From Anaeramoeba ignava BMAN (Eukaryota > Protista > Anaeramoebae): DNA of 64,000 bases. Shown in pieces: positions 26,393-42,340 of the stretch (the stretch's first letter is position 1; each line of letters begins with the position of its first letter). Position numbers and translations under genes: made by a program. Location: positions 43,931 through 107,930 of the forward strand of contig JAPDFW010000145.1 of assembly GCA_028826165.1 (NCBI GenBank). The letters run 5' to 3'. The notes under the pieces were generated by a model. It ran no database searches and was not told where the DNA came from. It saw only the letters and a list, made by a program, of their open reading frames with translations.

Positions 26393-27598
26393 ATATTTTG
26401 TAAACAATTTAATAAAATATTTTTAATTGTAATTTATTTTATTTTCATTTTATTTTGTGTGTAAATGAATTTTGAAAAATCAAAAAATAAAATTAATAAA
26501 ATAAAAATAAATTTTGAAAATAATAATTGAATTATTAATAAAATAAAAATATTAAAATTAATTAATTAATTAATTATAAAATCAAAATTTATTATTATTA
26601 ATTATTAAAATAAATAAATTTGAAATGAAAAATAATAAATAAAAATGAATATTAATTATATTATATAAATATAATTAATAAATATATAATTAATAAATAT
26701 ATAATAATAAATATCAATTCAAAATATATATAATGTAAAATGTTTAAAAATAAAAATAAATTTTTAAAAGTATAAATCAAAATAAATAATATTTTTTTAT
26801 CAACTTTATTTCAATTTATATAAATATAAATCAAAAAAATCAAATTTCAATTTATATTATTTTAAACATTTTCAATAATAAATATTAAATCAAAATATAT
26901 ATTCAAAAATTAATATAATAATGGAATCAAATTTATTATCAATATTATATTAATAAATAATATAATAAATATAATATCAGAATAATAAATATATTAATAA
27001 AAATATATTTTATTAAATATTCTTTTTTTTTATTTGATTTTTATTTTGTAATTCTTTTTATTTTTTAGAATAATTATTTATTTATTTTTATTTATTATTT
27101 TATTCAAAATTTCATTTTAACTTCATTTACAATTTAATTTATTTTAAATATAATTTAATTTCATTTTCATTTTCATTTTCAATTTAATTTAGATTTGAAT
27201 TTGAATTTAATTTGAATTTAATTTGGATTTAATTTGAATTTAATTTGAATTGAATTTGAATTGAATTTGATTTGAATTTGATTTAATTTGAATTTAATTT
27301 TAATTTAATTTGAATTGGATTTGAATTGAATTTGATTTGAATTTAATTTGAATTTAATTTGAATTTAATTTAATAAATATTTTTAATTGTAATTTATTTT
27401 AATTTGAATTTGAATTTGAATTTGATTTAATTTGAATTTAATTTGAATTTAATTTAATTTGAAATTAATTTGATTTGAATTCATTTAAATTTTCAATTTA
27501 GATTACAATCAACTTTACATAATAAATAAACACAAAAAAAAATCAATCAATATTCATTTCTGATTTTTATTTTGATTTTTCTTATTATTTTTATTTTG

Positions 27599-27810
27599 AA
27601 TTCAATTTACAATTAAATTAATAAATAAATTAATTCAATTTACAATTAAATAAAATAATTTACAATTAAAATTAAATTCAATTTACAATTAAATAAAATA
27701 AATAAATTCAATTTACAATTAAATTAAATTCAATTTACAATTAAAATAAATTCAATTTACAATTAAATTCAATAAATAAATTCAATTTACAATTAAATTA
27801 ATAATTTTAC
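27599..27810 (+). repeat. Minisatellite A array (short)
   Basis: Same unit, about 8 copies. Confidence 0.85.
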
Positions 27811-29424
27811 ATTTTGTTTTCATTTTATTTATTTATCAATAAAACGGATTTATATTCAAACAGTTATTTTTCAATTTTATTTCAATTTTATTTGATTTTC
27901 ATTGATTTATTTTGGTTTTCAATTATTTTGAATTAAAATAGAACAAAAAGTAAATCTATTTTGAATTAAGTTATTTTATTATATTTTTTATTCGATTTAA
28001 TATAAAACAATTATTTCACTTCAATTGTAAAACAAAATTGAAGTATATTTTGAATTAATTTACAACATAATTCTATTTAATTTACATTTATTTCAATTCA
28101 AATTTATATTCAATTTTATTTATAGTTAATTTATAAAGGAAATAAAAAGGAAATTAAAATGGGGTTGGGTTGAAGGGGCATAAGGGGATTAATAATAATT
28201 TATTCATAATTTATTCATAATTTAATTTATTTTTTATTTTTATTTTTAATTTATGTTTTTAATTTTGAAATTTATTTTTATATTTGATATATATATTTTT
28301 AGTATTTTGTAAATTAAAATATTTATAAATAAATATTTATTTTAATTTAATTTAATTTAATTTAATTTAATTTAATTTTGTTTTTTATTAATTTAGAATT
28401 AATAATCAATTTTTAAAATATAATATATATTTTATCTTCTTTTTCTTCTTCTTCTTCTATTTATTTATTTATTTATTTGCAATTTCATTTTCAATTTGAT
28501 TTAATTTAATTTTCAATTTCATTTTCAATTTACAATTTAATTTTATTTTCATTTTAATTTTCAATTTTAATTTAATTTTAATTCAATTTAATTCATATTT
28601 TATATTTTATAAATTAAATAAATAAAATATTTTTAATTGTAATTTATTTTATTTTCATTTTATTTTGTGTGTAAATAAATTTTGAAAAATCAAAAATAAA
28701 ATTAATAAAATAAATAAAAATAAATTTTGAAAATAATAATTGAATTATTAATAAAATAAAAATATTAGAATTAATTAATTAATTAATTATAAATCAAAAT
28801 TTATTATTATTAATTATTAAAATAAATAAATTTGAAATGAAAAATAATAAATAAAAATGAATATTAATTATATTATATAAATATAATAAATGAATATATA
28901 ATTAATAAATATATAATAATAAATATCAATTCAAAAATATATATAATATAAAATGTTTAAAAATAAAAATAAATTTTTAAAAGTATAAATCAAAATAAAT
29001 AATATTTTTATCAACTTTATTTCAATTTATATAAATATAAATCAAAAATAAAAATCAAATTTTATTCTAATTTATATATTTTAAACATTTTTCAATAATA
29101 AATATTAAATCAAAAATATATATTCAAAATTAATATAATAATGAAATCAAATTTATTATCAATATTATATTAATAAATAATATAATAAATATAATATCAG
29201 AATAATAAATATATTAATAAAAAATATATTTTATTAAATATTCTTTTTGGATTTGATTTTTATTTTGTAATTCTTTATATTTTTAGAATAATTATTTATT
29301 TATTTTCATTTATTATTTTATTCAAAATTTCATTTTTAATTTCATTTACAATTTAATTTATTTTAAATATAATTTATTTTCATTTTTTCATTTTCATTTT
29401 CATTTTCATTTTAATTTAAATTTG

Positions 29425-29657
29425 AAATAAAATAAATTAAATTAAATTAAATTAATAATTAATTAATATTAAATAAATATTCTATTTATATTCATTATTA
29501 TTATTAATAACTATTTATATATCTATTCATTTTATTTGATTTATTTATTTGATTTTTAAAATTAATTTATTGAAAATTTTGTAACAAAATTAAATAAATA
29601 AATAAAAAATAAATAAATAAATAAATAAAAAAATTTAAAATTTAAATTAAATCAAAA

Positions 29658-29692
<35 letters not shown>

Positions 29693-30140
29693 AATAAAAA
29701 TTAAATAAAAATAAATAAAAAATATTTAAATAAATTTTTTAAATAAATAAATAAAAAAATATTTTTGAATTTAAATAAAAAAAAAAATTAAAAGTTGTTT
29801 AATTTAATTTAATTTAATTTAATAAAAAGATAAAAAGTATTTTTGAAATGGAGAAAATAAAATTATAAATTAAAAGGAGAAAAAATAGAAAAGATAAAAG
29901 TATTTTGAAAAGATAAAAAGTATTTTTGAAATGGAGAAAATATAAAAATAAAAGGAGAAAAATAAATATAAAAATTGATAATTGTTTTAATTATTTTTAT
30001 TTCTATTATTTTATTATTTTATTATTTTATTATTCTTTTATCAAAAATATAATTAATCTATAAAATATTAAATAATAATTAATATTAATATTAATTCAAT
30101 TATATTCAATTTCAACTTAAATTTAATTTAATTTTATTTT
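29425..30140 (+). repeat. Module G copy (partly degenerate or noisy)
   Basis: Shares the GAAATGGAGAAAA / AAAGGAGAAAA block. Confidence 0.8.
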
Positions 30141-31216
30141 CATTTTCAATTTATATTTTGTAAACAATTTAATAAATATTTTTAATTGTAATTTATTTTA
30201 TTTTCATTTTATTTTGTGTGTAAATGAATTTTGAAAAATCAAAAATAAAATTAATAAAATAAAAATAAATTTTGAAAATAATAATTGAATTATTAATAAA
30301 ATAAAAATATTAGAATTAATTAATTAATTAATTATAAATCAAAATTTATTATTATTAATTATTAAAATAAATAAATTTGAAATGAAAAATAATAAATAAA
30401 AATGAATATTAATTATATTATATAAATATAAAGAATGAATATATAATTAATAAATATATAATAATAAATATCAATTCAAAAAATATACTAATATAAAATG
30501 TTTAAAAATAAAAATAAATTTTTAAAAGTATAAATCAAAATAAATAATATTTTTATCAACTTTATTTCAATTTATATAAATATAAATCAAAAATAAAAAT
30601 CAAATTTTATTCTAATTTATATATTTTAAACATTTTCAATAATAAATATTAAATCAAAAATATATATTCAAAATTAATATAATAATGGAATCAAATTTAT
30701 TATCAATATTATATTAATAAATAATATAATAAATATAATATCAGAATAATAAATATATTAATAAAAATATATTTTATTAAATATTCTTTTTGGATTTGAT
30801 TTTTATTTTGAATTTAATTTTTGAAATTTTGAATTTGAATTTGATTTTATTCAAAATTTAATTTTGAATTTACAATTAAATTTAATTTGAATTTAATTTG
30901 AATTTCAATTTTGAATTTTTAAATTTGAATTTGATTTTAATTTAATTTGATTTTAAATTTAATTTGATTTTAATTTTAATTTGAATTTAATTTAATTTAA
31001 ATTTAATTTAATTTGAATTTTTGATTTGAATTTACAAGATTTGAATTTGAATTTAATTTGAATTTGATTTGAATTTGAATTAATTTAAATTTTCAATTTA
31101 GATTACAATCAACTTTACATAATAAATAAACACAAAAAAAAATCAATCAATATTCATTTCTGATTTTTATTTTTGATTTTTTTTTTATTTTTTCAATTTT
31201 AAATTTTCAATTTTTG

Positions 31217-34200
31217 AATTCAATTTACAATTAAATTAAATAAATTAATTCAATTTACAATTAAATTAAATAAATTCATTCAATTCAATTTTACAATTAA
31301 ATTAAATAAATTAATAAATTCAATTTACAATTAAATTAAATTCAATTTACAATTAAATTAAAAAAATAAATTTAAAAATTAAATTTAAATAAATTCAATT
31401 TACAATTAAATTAAATAAATTCAATTCAATTTACAATTAAATTAAAATAAATTAATTCAATTTACAATTAAATTAAATAAAAATTAAATAAATTCAATTT
31501 AATTAAATTAAATAAATTAATTCAATTTTACAATTAAATTAAATAAATTTCAAAAATTAATTAAATAATTTCAATTTACAATTAAATTAAATAAATATAA
31601 TTCAATTTACAATTAAATTAAATAAATATAATTCAATTTACAATTAAATTAAATAAATTCAATTTACAATTAAATTAAATTTCAATTCAAATTAAATTCA
31701 ATAAAATTTTCAATTAAATTAAATATAATTCAATTTACAATTAAATAAAAATTAAATTCAATTTACAATTAAATTAAATAATTCAATTTACAATTAAATT
31801 AAATAATTAATTCAATTTACAATTAAATTAAATAATTAATTCAAATTCAATTTTACAATTAAATTAAATTAAATAATAATTCAATTTTACAATTAAAAAT
31901 TAATTCAATTTACAATTAAATTAAATAAATAAATTCAATTTACAATTAAATTAAATAAATTCAATTTACAATTAAATTAAATAAATTCAATTTTACAATT
32001 AAATTAAATAAATAATTCAATTTACAATTAAATTAAATAAATAATTCAATTTACAATTAAATAAATAATTCAATTTACAATTAAATTAAATAAATAATTC
32101 AATTTACAATTAAATTAAATAAATAAATTCAATTTTACAATTAAATTAAATAAATTCAATTAAATTTAAATAAATAATTCAATTTACAATTAAATTAAAT
32201 AAATTCAAATTCAATTAAATTAAAAAATTAAATAAATTAAATTCAATTTACAATTAAATTAAATAAATTAATTCAATTTACAATTAAATTAAATAAATAA
32301 TTCAATTTACAATTAATTAAATTAAATTAATAAATTCAATTTACAATTAAATTAAAAAAATTTCAATTAAATTTACAATTAAATTAAATAAAATAATTCA
32401 ATTTACAATTAAATTAAATAAATAAATTCAATTTACAATTAAATTAATAAATAAATTCAATTTACAATTAAATTAAATAAATAATTCAATTTACAATTAA
32501 ATAAATAAATAATTCAATTTACAATTAAATTAAATTAAATAAATAAATTCAATTTACAATTAAATTAAATAAATAATTCAATTTACAATTAAATTAAATA
32601 AATAATTCAATTTACAATTAAATTAAATAAATTCAATTCAATTTAAATTAAATTAATTCAATTACAATTAAATTAAATTAAATTCAATTTACAATTAAAT
32701 TAAATAAATAATTCAATTTACAATTAAATTAAATAAATAATTCAATTTACAATTAAATTAAATAAATAAATAATTCAATTTACAATTAAATTAAATAAAT
32801 AATTCAATTTACAATTAAATTAAATAAATAATTCAATTTACAATTAAATTAAATAAATAATTCAATTTACAATTAAATTAAATAAATAATTCAATTTACA
32901 ATTAAATTAAATAATAATTCAATTTACAATTAAATTAAATAAATAATTCAATTTACAATTAAATTAAATAAATAAATTCAATTTACAATTAAATTAATAA
33001 ATAATTCAATTTACAATTAAATTAATAAATAATTCAATTTACAATTAAATTCAATAAATTAATTCAATTTACAATTAAATTAAATAAATAATTCAATTTA
33101 CAATTAAATTAATAAATAATTCAATTTACAATTAAATTAATAAATAAATTCAATTTACAATTAAATTAATAAATAATTCAATTTACAATTAAAAATTAAA
33201 TAAATAAATAATTCAATTTACAATTAAATTAAATAAATAATTCAATTTACAATTAAATAAATTAATTCAATTTACAATTAAATTAAATAAATAATTCAAT
33301 TTACAATTAAATTGAAATAAATTAATTCAATTTACAATTAAATAAATAATTTACAATTAAATTCAATTTACAATTACATTAAATTAATAAATAATTCAAT
33401 TTACAATTAAATTAAATTACATTCAATTTACAATTAAATTTACAATTAAATAAATTCAATTTACAATTAAATTAAATTTAAAAATAAATTTTATTAAATT
33501 AAAAATTTAAATAAATTCAATTTACAATTAAATTAAATAAATTTACAATTAAATTTAATTCAATTTACAATTAAATTACATTCAATTTACAATTAAAATT
33601 ACAATTAATTCAATTTACAATTAAATTAAATAAATAATTCAATTTACAATTAAATTAATAAATAATTCAATTTACAATTAAATTAAATAATTCAATTTAC
33701 AATTAAATTAAATAATTCAATTTACAATTAAATTTTCAATTTAAATTAAATAAATTAATTCAATTTACAATTAAATTAAATCAATTTAAATTCAATTTAC
33801 AATTAAATTAAATAAATTCAATTTACAATTAAATTAAATTAAATTTAAATAAATTACATTCAATTTACAATTAAATTAAATCAAAAATTCAAATTACAAT
33901 TAAATTTTACAATTAAATTCAATTAAATTAAATTAAATTAAATTCAATTTTACAATTAAATTAAATAAATAATTCAATTTACAATTAAAATAAATTAATT
34001 CAATTTACAATTAAATTAAATAAATAAATTCAATTTTACAATTAAAAATTAATTAATTCAATTTAAAATTAAATTAAATTAAATAAATTAAAATAAATAA
34101 TTCAATTTACAATTAAATTAAATAAATAATTCAATTTACAATTAAATTAAATAAATAATTCAATTTACAATTAAATTAAATAAATAATTCAATTTACAAT

Positions 34201-35062
34201 TAAATTAAATAAATAATTCAATTTACAATTAAATTAAATAAATAATTCAATTTACAATTAAATTAAATAAATAATTCAATTTACAATTAAATTAAATAAA
34301 TAAATTCAATTTACAATTAAATTAAATAAATAATTCAATTTACAATTAAATTAAATAATTAATTCAATTTACAATTAAATTAATAAATAATTCAATTTAC
34401 AATTAAATTAAATAAATAATTCAATTTACAATTAAATTAAATAATTAATTCAATTTACAATTAAATTAAATAATTCAATTTACAATTAAATTAAATAAAT
34501 TCAATTTACAATTAAATTAAAAAATAAATTCAATTTACAATTAAATTAAATAATTAATTCAATTTACAATTAAATTAAATAAATTAATTCAATTTACAAT
34601 TAAATTAAATAAATTAATTCAATTTACAATTAAATTAAATAATTAATTCAATTTACAATTAAATTAAATAAATTAATATAATTCAATTTACAAATTAAAT
34701 TAAAAATTAAATAAATATAATTCAATTTACAATTAAATTAAATAAATTAATTCAATTTACAATTAAATTAAATAATTAATTCAATTTACAATTAAATCAA
34801 TAAATAATTCAATTTACAATTAAATCAATAAATAATTCAATTTACAATTAAATCAATAAATAATTCAATTTACAATTAAATCAATAAATAATTCAATTTA
34901 CAATTAAATCAATAAATAATTCAATTTACAATTAAATCAATAAATAATTCAATTTACAATTAAATCAATAAATAATTCAATTTACAATTAAATCAATAAA
35001 TAATTCAATTTACAATTAAATCAATAAATAATTCAATTTACAATTAAATCAAATTAAATTAC
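31217..35062 (+). repeat. Minisatellite A array (longest, ~3.8 kb)
   Basis: Same unit. Confidence 0.9.
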
Positions 35063-36981
35063 ATTTTGTTTTCATTTTATTTATTTATTAACAAAACTGA
35101 TTTATGTTCAAACACTTATTTTTCAATTTAATTTGATTTTTATTTGATTTTCATTGATTTATTTTGATTTTCAATTATTTTGAATTAAAACAGAACAAAA
35201 AGTAAATCAATATTGAATAAAGTTATTTTATTATATTTTTTATTTGATTTAATATAAAACAATTATTTTATTTCAATTGTAAAACAAAATTGAAGTATAT
35301 TTTGAATTAAGTTACAACATAATTACATTTAATTCACATTTATTTTAATTCAGATTTATGTTCAATTTCATTTATAGTTAATTTATAAAGGAAATAAAAA
35401 GGAAATTAAAATGGGGTTGGGTTTGAAGGAGCATAAGGGGATTAATAATAATTTATTCATAATTTATTCATAATTTAATTTATTTTTTATTTTTATTTTT
35501 AATTTATGTTTTTAATTTTGAAATTTATTTTTATATTTGATATATATATTTTTAGTATTTTGTAAATTAAAATATTTATAAATAAATATTTATTTTAATT
35601 TTAATTTAATTTAATTTAATTTAATTTTGTTTTTTATTAATTTAGAATTAATAATCAATTTTTAAAATATAATATATATTTTATCTTCTTTTTCTTCTTC
35701 TTCTATTTATTTATTTATTTATTTGCAATTTCATTTTCAATTTAATTTAATTTAATTTCAATTTCATTTTCATTTTACAATTTAATTTCTATTTTCATTT
35801 TAATTTTCAATTTAATTTAATTTTAATTCAATTTAATTCATATTTTATATTTTATAAATTAAATAAATAAAATATTTTTAATTGTAATTTATTTTTATTT
35901 TCATTTTATTTTGTGTGTAAATAAATTTTGAAAAAATCAAAAAAATAAAATTAATAAAATAAATAAAAATAAATTTTGAAAATAATAATTGAATTATTAA
36001 TAAAATAAAAAATATTAGAATTAATTAATTAATTAATTATAAATCAAAATATATTATTATTAATTATTAAAATAAATAAATTTGAAATGAAAAATAATAA
36101 ATAAAAAATGAATATTAATTATATTATATAAATATAATGAATGAATATATAATTAATAAATATATAATAATAAATATCAATTCAAAATATATCTAATGTA
36201 AAATGTTTAAAAAATAAAAATAAATTTTTAAAAGTATAAATCAAAATAAATAATATTTTTTTTATCAACTTTATTTCAATTTATATAAATATAAATCAAA
36301 AAAAAAAATAAAAAAAAATCAATTTTTATTCTAATTTATATATTTTAAACATTTTTCAATAATAAATATTAAATCAAAATATATATTCAAAATTAATATA
36401 ATAATGTAATCAAATTTATTATCAATATTATATTAATAAATAATATAATAAATATAATATCAGAATAATAAATATATTAATAAAAATATATTTTATTAAA
36501 TATTCTTTTTTTTGGATTTGATTTTTATTTTGTAATTCTTTTTATATTTTTTAGAATAATTATTTATTTATTTTCATTTATTATTTTATTCAAAATTTCA
36601 TTTTAATTTCATTTACAATTTAATTTATTTTAAATCTAATTTAATTTCATTTTCATTTCCATTTTCAATTTAATTTAGATTTGAATTTGATTTCAATTTG
36701 ATTTGAATTTGATTTGAATTTGAATTTGATTTGATTTGAATTTAATTTGATTTGAATTTAATTTGAATTTAATTTGAATTTAATTTGAATTTGATTTGAA
36801 TTTAATTTGAATTTGAATTTAATTTGATTTGAATTTAATTTGAATTTCAATTTAATTTGATTTGAATTTGATTTGAATTTGATTTGATTTGATTTGATTT
36901 GAATTTGAATTTAATTTGATTTGAATTTAAAACAAATAAATATTTATTTCTTTTGGTTATTTTTCTTTTTTCTTTTTTTTT

Positions 36982-37155
36982 CATTTTCAATTACATTTTC
37001 AATTACATTTTCAATTACATTTTCAATTACATTTTCAATTTCATTTTCAATTACATTTTCAATTACATTTTCAATTACATTTTCAATTACATTTTCAATT
37101 ACATTTTCAATTACATTTTCAATTACATTTTCAATTACATTTTCAATTATTTCAA
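36982..37155 (+). repeat. 12-bp satellite E
   Basis: (TTTTCAATTACA)n with the same leader. Confidence 0.9.
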
Positions 37156-38217
37156 TTTATATTTTGTAAACAATTTAATAAAATATTTTTAATTGTAATT
37201 TATTTTATTTTCATTTTATTTTGTGTGTAAATAAATTTTGAAAAAATCAAAAAAAATAAAATTAATAAAATAAATAAAAATAAATTTTGAAAATAATAAT
37301 TGAATTATTAATAAAATAAAAAATATTAGAATTAATTAATTAATTAATTATAAATGAAAATTTATTATTATTAATTATTAAAATAAATAAATTTGAAATG
37401 AAAAATAATAAATCAAAAATGAATATTAATTATATTATATAAATATAATGAATGAATATATAATTAATAAATATATAATAATAAATATCAATTCAAAATA
37501 TATGTAGTGTAAAATGTTTAAAAATAAAAATAAAATTTTTAAAAGTATAAATCAAAATAAATAATATTTTTTTTATCAACTTTATTTCAATTTATATAAA
37601 TATAAATCAAAAAAAATAAAAAAAATCAAATTTTATTCTAATTTATATATTTTAAACATTTTCAATAATAAATATTAAATCAAAATATATATTCAAAATT
37701 AATATAATAATGGAATTAAATTTATTATTAATATTATATTAATAAATAATATAATAAATATAATATAAGAATAATAAATATATTAATAAAAATATATTTT
37801 ATTAAATATTCTTTTTTTGGATTTGATTTTTATTTTGTAATTCTTTTTATATTTTTTAGAATAATTATTTATTTATTTTCATTTATTATTTTATTCAAAA
37901 TTTCATTTTAATTTCATTTACAATTTAATTTATTTTAAATCTAATTTAATTTCATTTTCATTTCCATTTTCAATTTAATTTAGATTTGAATTTGATTTCA
38001 ATTTGATTTGAATTTAATTTGAATTTAATTTGAATTTGATTTGAATTTAATTTGAATTTGAATTTAATTTGATTTGAATTTAATTTGAATTTAATTTGAA
38101 TTTGATTTGATTTTGAATTTAATTTGAATTTAATTTGATTTGAATTTGAATTTAATTTGATTTGAATTTAAAACAAATATTTATTTCTTTTGGTTATTTT
38201 TCTTTTTTCTTTTTTTT

Positions 38218-38410
38218 TCATTTTCAATTACATTTTCAATTACATTTTCAATTACATTTTCAATTACATTTTCAATTACATTTTCAATTACATTTTCAAT
38301 TATATTTTCAATTACATTTTCAATTTCATTTTCAATTACATTTTCAATTACATTTTCAATTACATTTTCAATTTCATTTTCAATTACATTTTCAATTACA
38401 TTTTCAATTT
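38218..38410 (+). repeat. 12-bp satellite E
   Basis: (TTTTCAATTACA)n with the same leader. Confidence 0.9.
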
Positions 38411-39091
38411 TAATTTATATTTTGTAAACAATTTAATAAATATTTTTAATTGTAATTTATTTTATTTTCATTTTATTTTGTGTGTAAATGAATTTTGAAA
38501 AAAATCAAAAAAAATAAAATTAATAAAATAAATAAAAAATAAATTTTGAAAATAATAATTGAATTATTAATAAAATAAAAAATATTAGAATTAATTAATT
38601 AATTAATTATAAATCAAAATTTATTATTATTAATAATTAAAATAAATAAATTTGAAATGAAAAATAATAAATAAAAAATGAATATTAATTATATTATATA
38701 AATATAATGAATGAATATATAATTAATAAAATATATAATAATAAATATCAATCCAAAATATATATAATATAAAATGTTTAAAAATAAAAATAAATTTTTA
38801 AAAGTATAAATCAAAATAAATAATATTTTTTTATCAACTTTATTTCAATTTATATAAATATAAATCAAAAAAATAAAAAAATCAAATTTTATTCTAATTT
38901 ATATATTTTAAACATTTTTCAATAATAAATATTAAATCAAAATATATATTCAAAATTAATATAATAATGGAATCAAATTTATTATCAATATTATATTAAT
39001 AAATAATATAATAAATATAATATAAGAATAATAAATATATTAATAAAAATATATTTTATTAAATATTCTTTTTTTGGATTTGATTTTTATT

Positions 39092-39878
39092 TTGAATTTA
39101 ATTTGAATTTGATTTGAATTTAATTTGAATTTTAATTTGAATTTAATTTATTTTAAATATAATTTATTTTAATTTCATTTACAATTTAATTTATTTTAAA
39201 TATAATTTAATTTCATTTTCAATTCATTTTCATTTTAATTTAGATTTGAATTTGATTTGGATTTAATTTGAATTTAATTTAATTTGAATTTAATTTGATT
39301 TTGAATTTAATTTGAATTTAATTTGATTTGAATTTAATTTGAATTTAATTTGATTTGAATTTAATTTGATTTGAATTTAATTTGAATTTAATTTGAATTT
39401 GATTTGATTTTGAATTTAATTTGAATTTAATTTGATTTGAATTTAATTTGAATTTGAATTTGAATTTGATTTGAATTTAATTTGAATTTGATTTGAATTT
39501 AATTTGAATTTAATTTGAATTTGATTTGAATTTAATTTGAATTTGAATTTAATTTAATTTAATTTGAATTTAAATTTAATTTAATTTGAATTTGAATTTG
39601 AATTTGAATTTGAGTTTAATTTGAATTTAATTTGAATTTAATTTAATTTAATTTAAATTTTCAATTTAATTTGAATTTAATTTGAATTTGATTTGATTTT
39701 GATTTGAATTTAATTTGAATTTGATTTGATTTTGATTTGAATTTAATTTGAATTTAATTTGAATTTGATTTGATTTTGATTTGAATTTAATTTGAATTTG
39801 AATTTAATTTGATTTGAATTTAATTTGAATTTGAATTTTTATTTGAATTTAATTTGAATTTGAATTTGATTTGAATTT
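39092..39878 (+). repeat. Microsatellite D, mixed TTTGAA/TTTGA/TTTAA (representative; ~19 tracts, mostly just after cores)
   Basis: Also near 3400, 10019, 12735, 14590, 19510, 24856, 25700, 27185, 30808, 36670, 37978, 44150, 49080, 49950, 51655, 53200, 56685 and 61565. Confidence 0.88.
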
Positions 39879-39931
39879 AAAACAAATAAATATTTATTTC
39901 TTTTGTTTATTTTTCTTTTTTCTTTTTTTTT

Positions 39932-40295
39932 CATTTTCAATTACATTTTCAATTATATTTTCAATTACATTTTCAATTACATTTTCAATTACATTTTCAA
40001 TTACATTTTCAATTACATTTTCAATTACATTTTCAATTACATTTTCAATTACATTTTCAATTACATTTTCAATTACATTTTCAATTACATTTTCAATTAC
40101 ATTTTCAATTACATTTTCAATTACATTTTCAATTACATTTTCAATTACATTTTCAATTACATTTTCAATTACATTTTCAATTTCATTTTCATTTCATTTT
40201 CAATTACATTTTCAATTACATTTTCAATTACATTTTCAATTACATTTTCAATTACATTTTCAATTACATTTTCAATTACATTTTCAATTTCAATT
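39932..40295 (+). repeat. 12-bp satellite E
   Basis: (TTTTCAATTACA)n with the same leader. Confidence 0.9.
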
Positions 40296-41124
40296 TATAT
40301 TTTGTAAACAATTTAATAAATATTTTTAATTGTAATTTATTTTATTTTCATTTTATTTTGTGTGTAAATGAATTTTGAAAAAATCAAAAAAAATAAAATT
40401 AATAAAATAAAAAATAAATTTTGAAAATAATAATTGAATTATTAATAAAATAAAAAATATTAGAATTAATTAATTAATTAATTATAAATGAAAATTTATT
40501 ATTATTAATTATTAAAATAAATAAATTTGAAATGAAAAATAATAAATAAAAAATGAATATTAATTATATTATATAAATATAATGAATGAATATATAATTA
40601 ATAAATATATAATAATAAATATCAATTCAAAATATATATAATGTAAAATGTTTAAAAAATAAAAATAAATTTTTAAAAGTATAAATCAAAATAAATAATA
40701 TTTTTTTTATCAACTTTATTTCAATTTATATAAATATAAATCAAAAAAAAATAAAAAAAATCAAATTTTATTCTAATCTATATATTTTAAACATTTTCAA
40801 TAATAAATATTAAATCAAAATATATATTCAAAATTAATATAATAATGGAATCAAATTTATTATCAATATTATATTAATAAATAATATAATAAATATAATA
40901 TCAGAATAATAAATATATTAATAAAAATATATTTTATTAAATAGTCTTTTTGGATTTGATTTTTATTTTGTAATTCTTTTTATATTTTTAGAATAATTAT
41001 TTATTTATTTTCATTTATTATTTTATTCAAAATTTCATTTTAATTTCATTTACAATTTAATTTATTTTAAATATAATTTAATTTCATTTTCATTTTCATT
41101 TTCATTTTGAATTTAATTTAGATT

Positions 41125-41835
41125 TGAATTATAAAATAAATGAAATTAAATTGAATTAATAATTAATTAATATTAAATAAATATTCTATTTATATTCATT
41201 ATTATTAATAATAACTATTTATATATCTATTCATTTTATTTGATTTATTTATTTGATTTATTTGATTTATTCTTTATTCATTAATCTCATTTTAAATTAA
41301 TTTATTGAAAATTTTGTAACAAAAATAAATAAATAAATAAAAGATATTTTGAATTGAAATTAATCAAAAATATAATTAAAAGTTGTTTAATTTAATTTAA
41401 TTTAATTTAATTTAATTTAATTTAATTTAATAAAAAAGATAAAAAGTATTTTTTTTGAAATGGAGAAAATAAAATTATAAATTAAAAAGGAGAAAAAAAA
41501 TAGAAAAGATAAAAAGTATTTTTTTGAAAAGATAAAAAGTATTTTTTTGAAAAGATAAAAAGTATTTTTTTGAAATGGAGAAAATATAAAAAAATAAAAG
41601 GAGAAAAAAAATAAATATAAAATTGATAATTGTTTTAATTATTTTTATTTCTTTATTATTTTATTATTTTATTATTTTATTATTCTTTTATCAAAAATAT
41701 AAATAATATTTATAAATAATAATTTAATTTTAATTTCAAAAAAATAATTAATCTATAAAATATTAAATAATAATTAATATTAATATTAATTCAATTATAT
41801 TCAATTTTCAACTTAAAATTTAATTTAATTTAATT
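41125..41835 (+). repeat. Module G copy
   Basis: Near-identical to 13080-13770. Confidence 0.88.
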
Positions 41836-42340
41836 TTCAATTTCAATTTATATTTTGTAAACAATTTAATAAATATTTTTAATTGTAATTTATTTTATTT
41901 TCATTTTATTTTGTGTGTAAATAAATTTTGAAAAAATCAAAAAAAATAAAATTAATAAAATAAATAAAAAATAAATTTTGAAAATAATAATTGAATTATT
42001 AATAAAATAAAAAATATTAGAATTAATTAATTAATTAATTATAAATGAAAATTTATTATTATTAATTATTAAAATAAATAAATTTGAAATGGAAAATAAT
42101 AAATAAAAAATGAATATTAATTATATTATATAAATATAATAAATGAATATATAATTAATAAATATATAATAATAAATATCAATTCAAAATATATATAATG
42201 TAAAATGTTTAAAAAATAAAAATAAATTTTTAAAAGTATAAATCAAAATAAATAATATTTTTTTTATCAACTTTATTTCAATTTATATAAATATAAATCA
42301 AAAAAAAAATAAAAAAAAATCAAATTTTATTCTAATTTAT

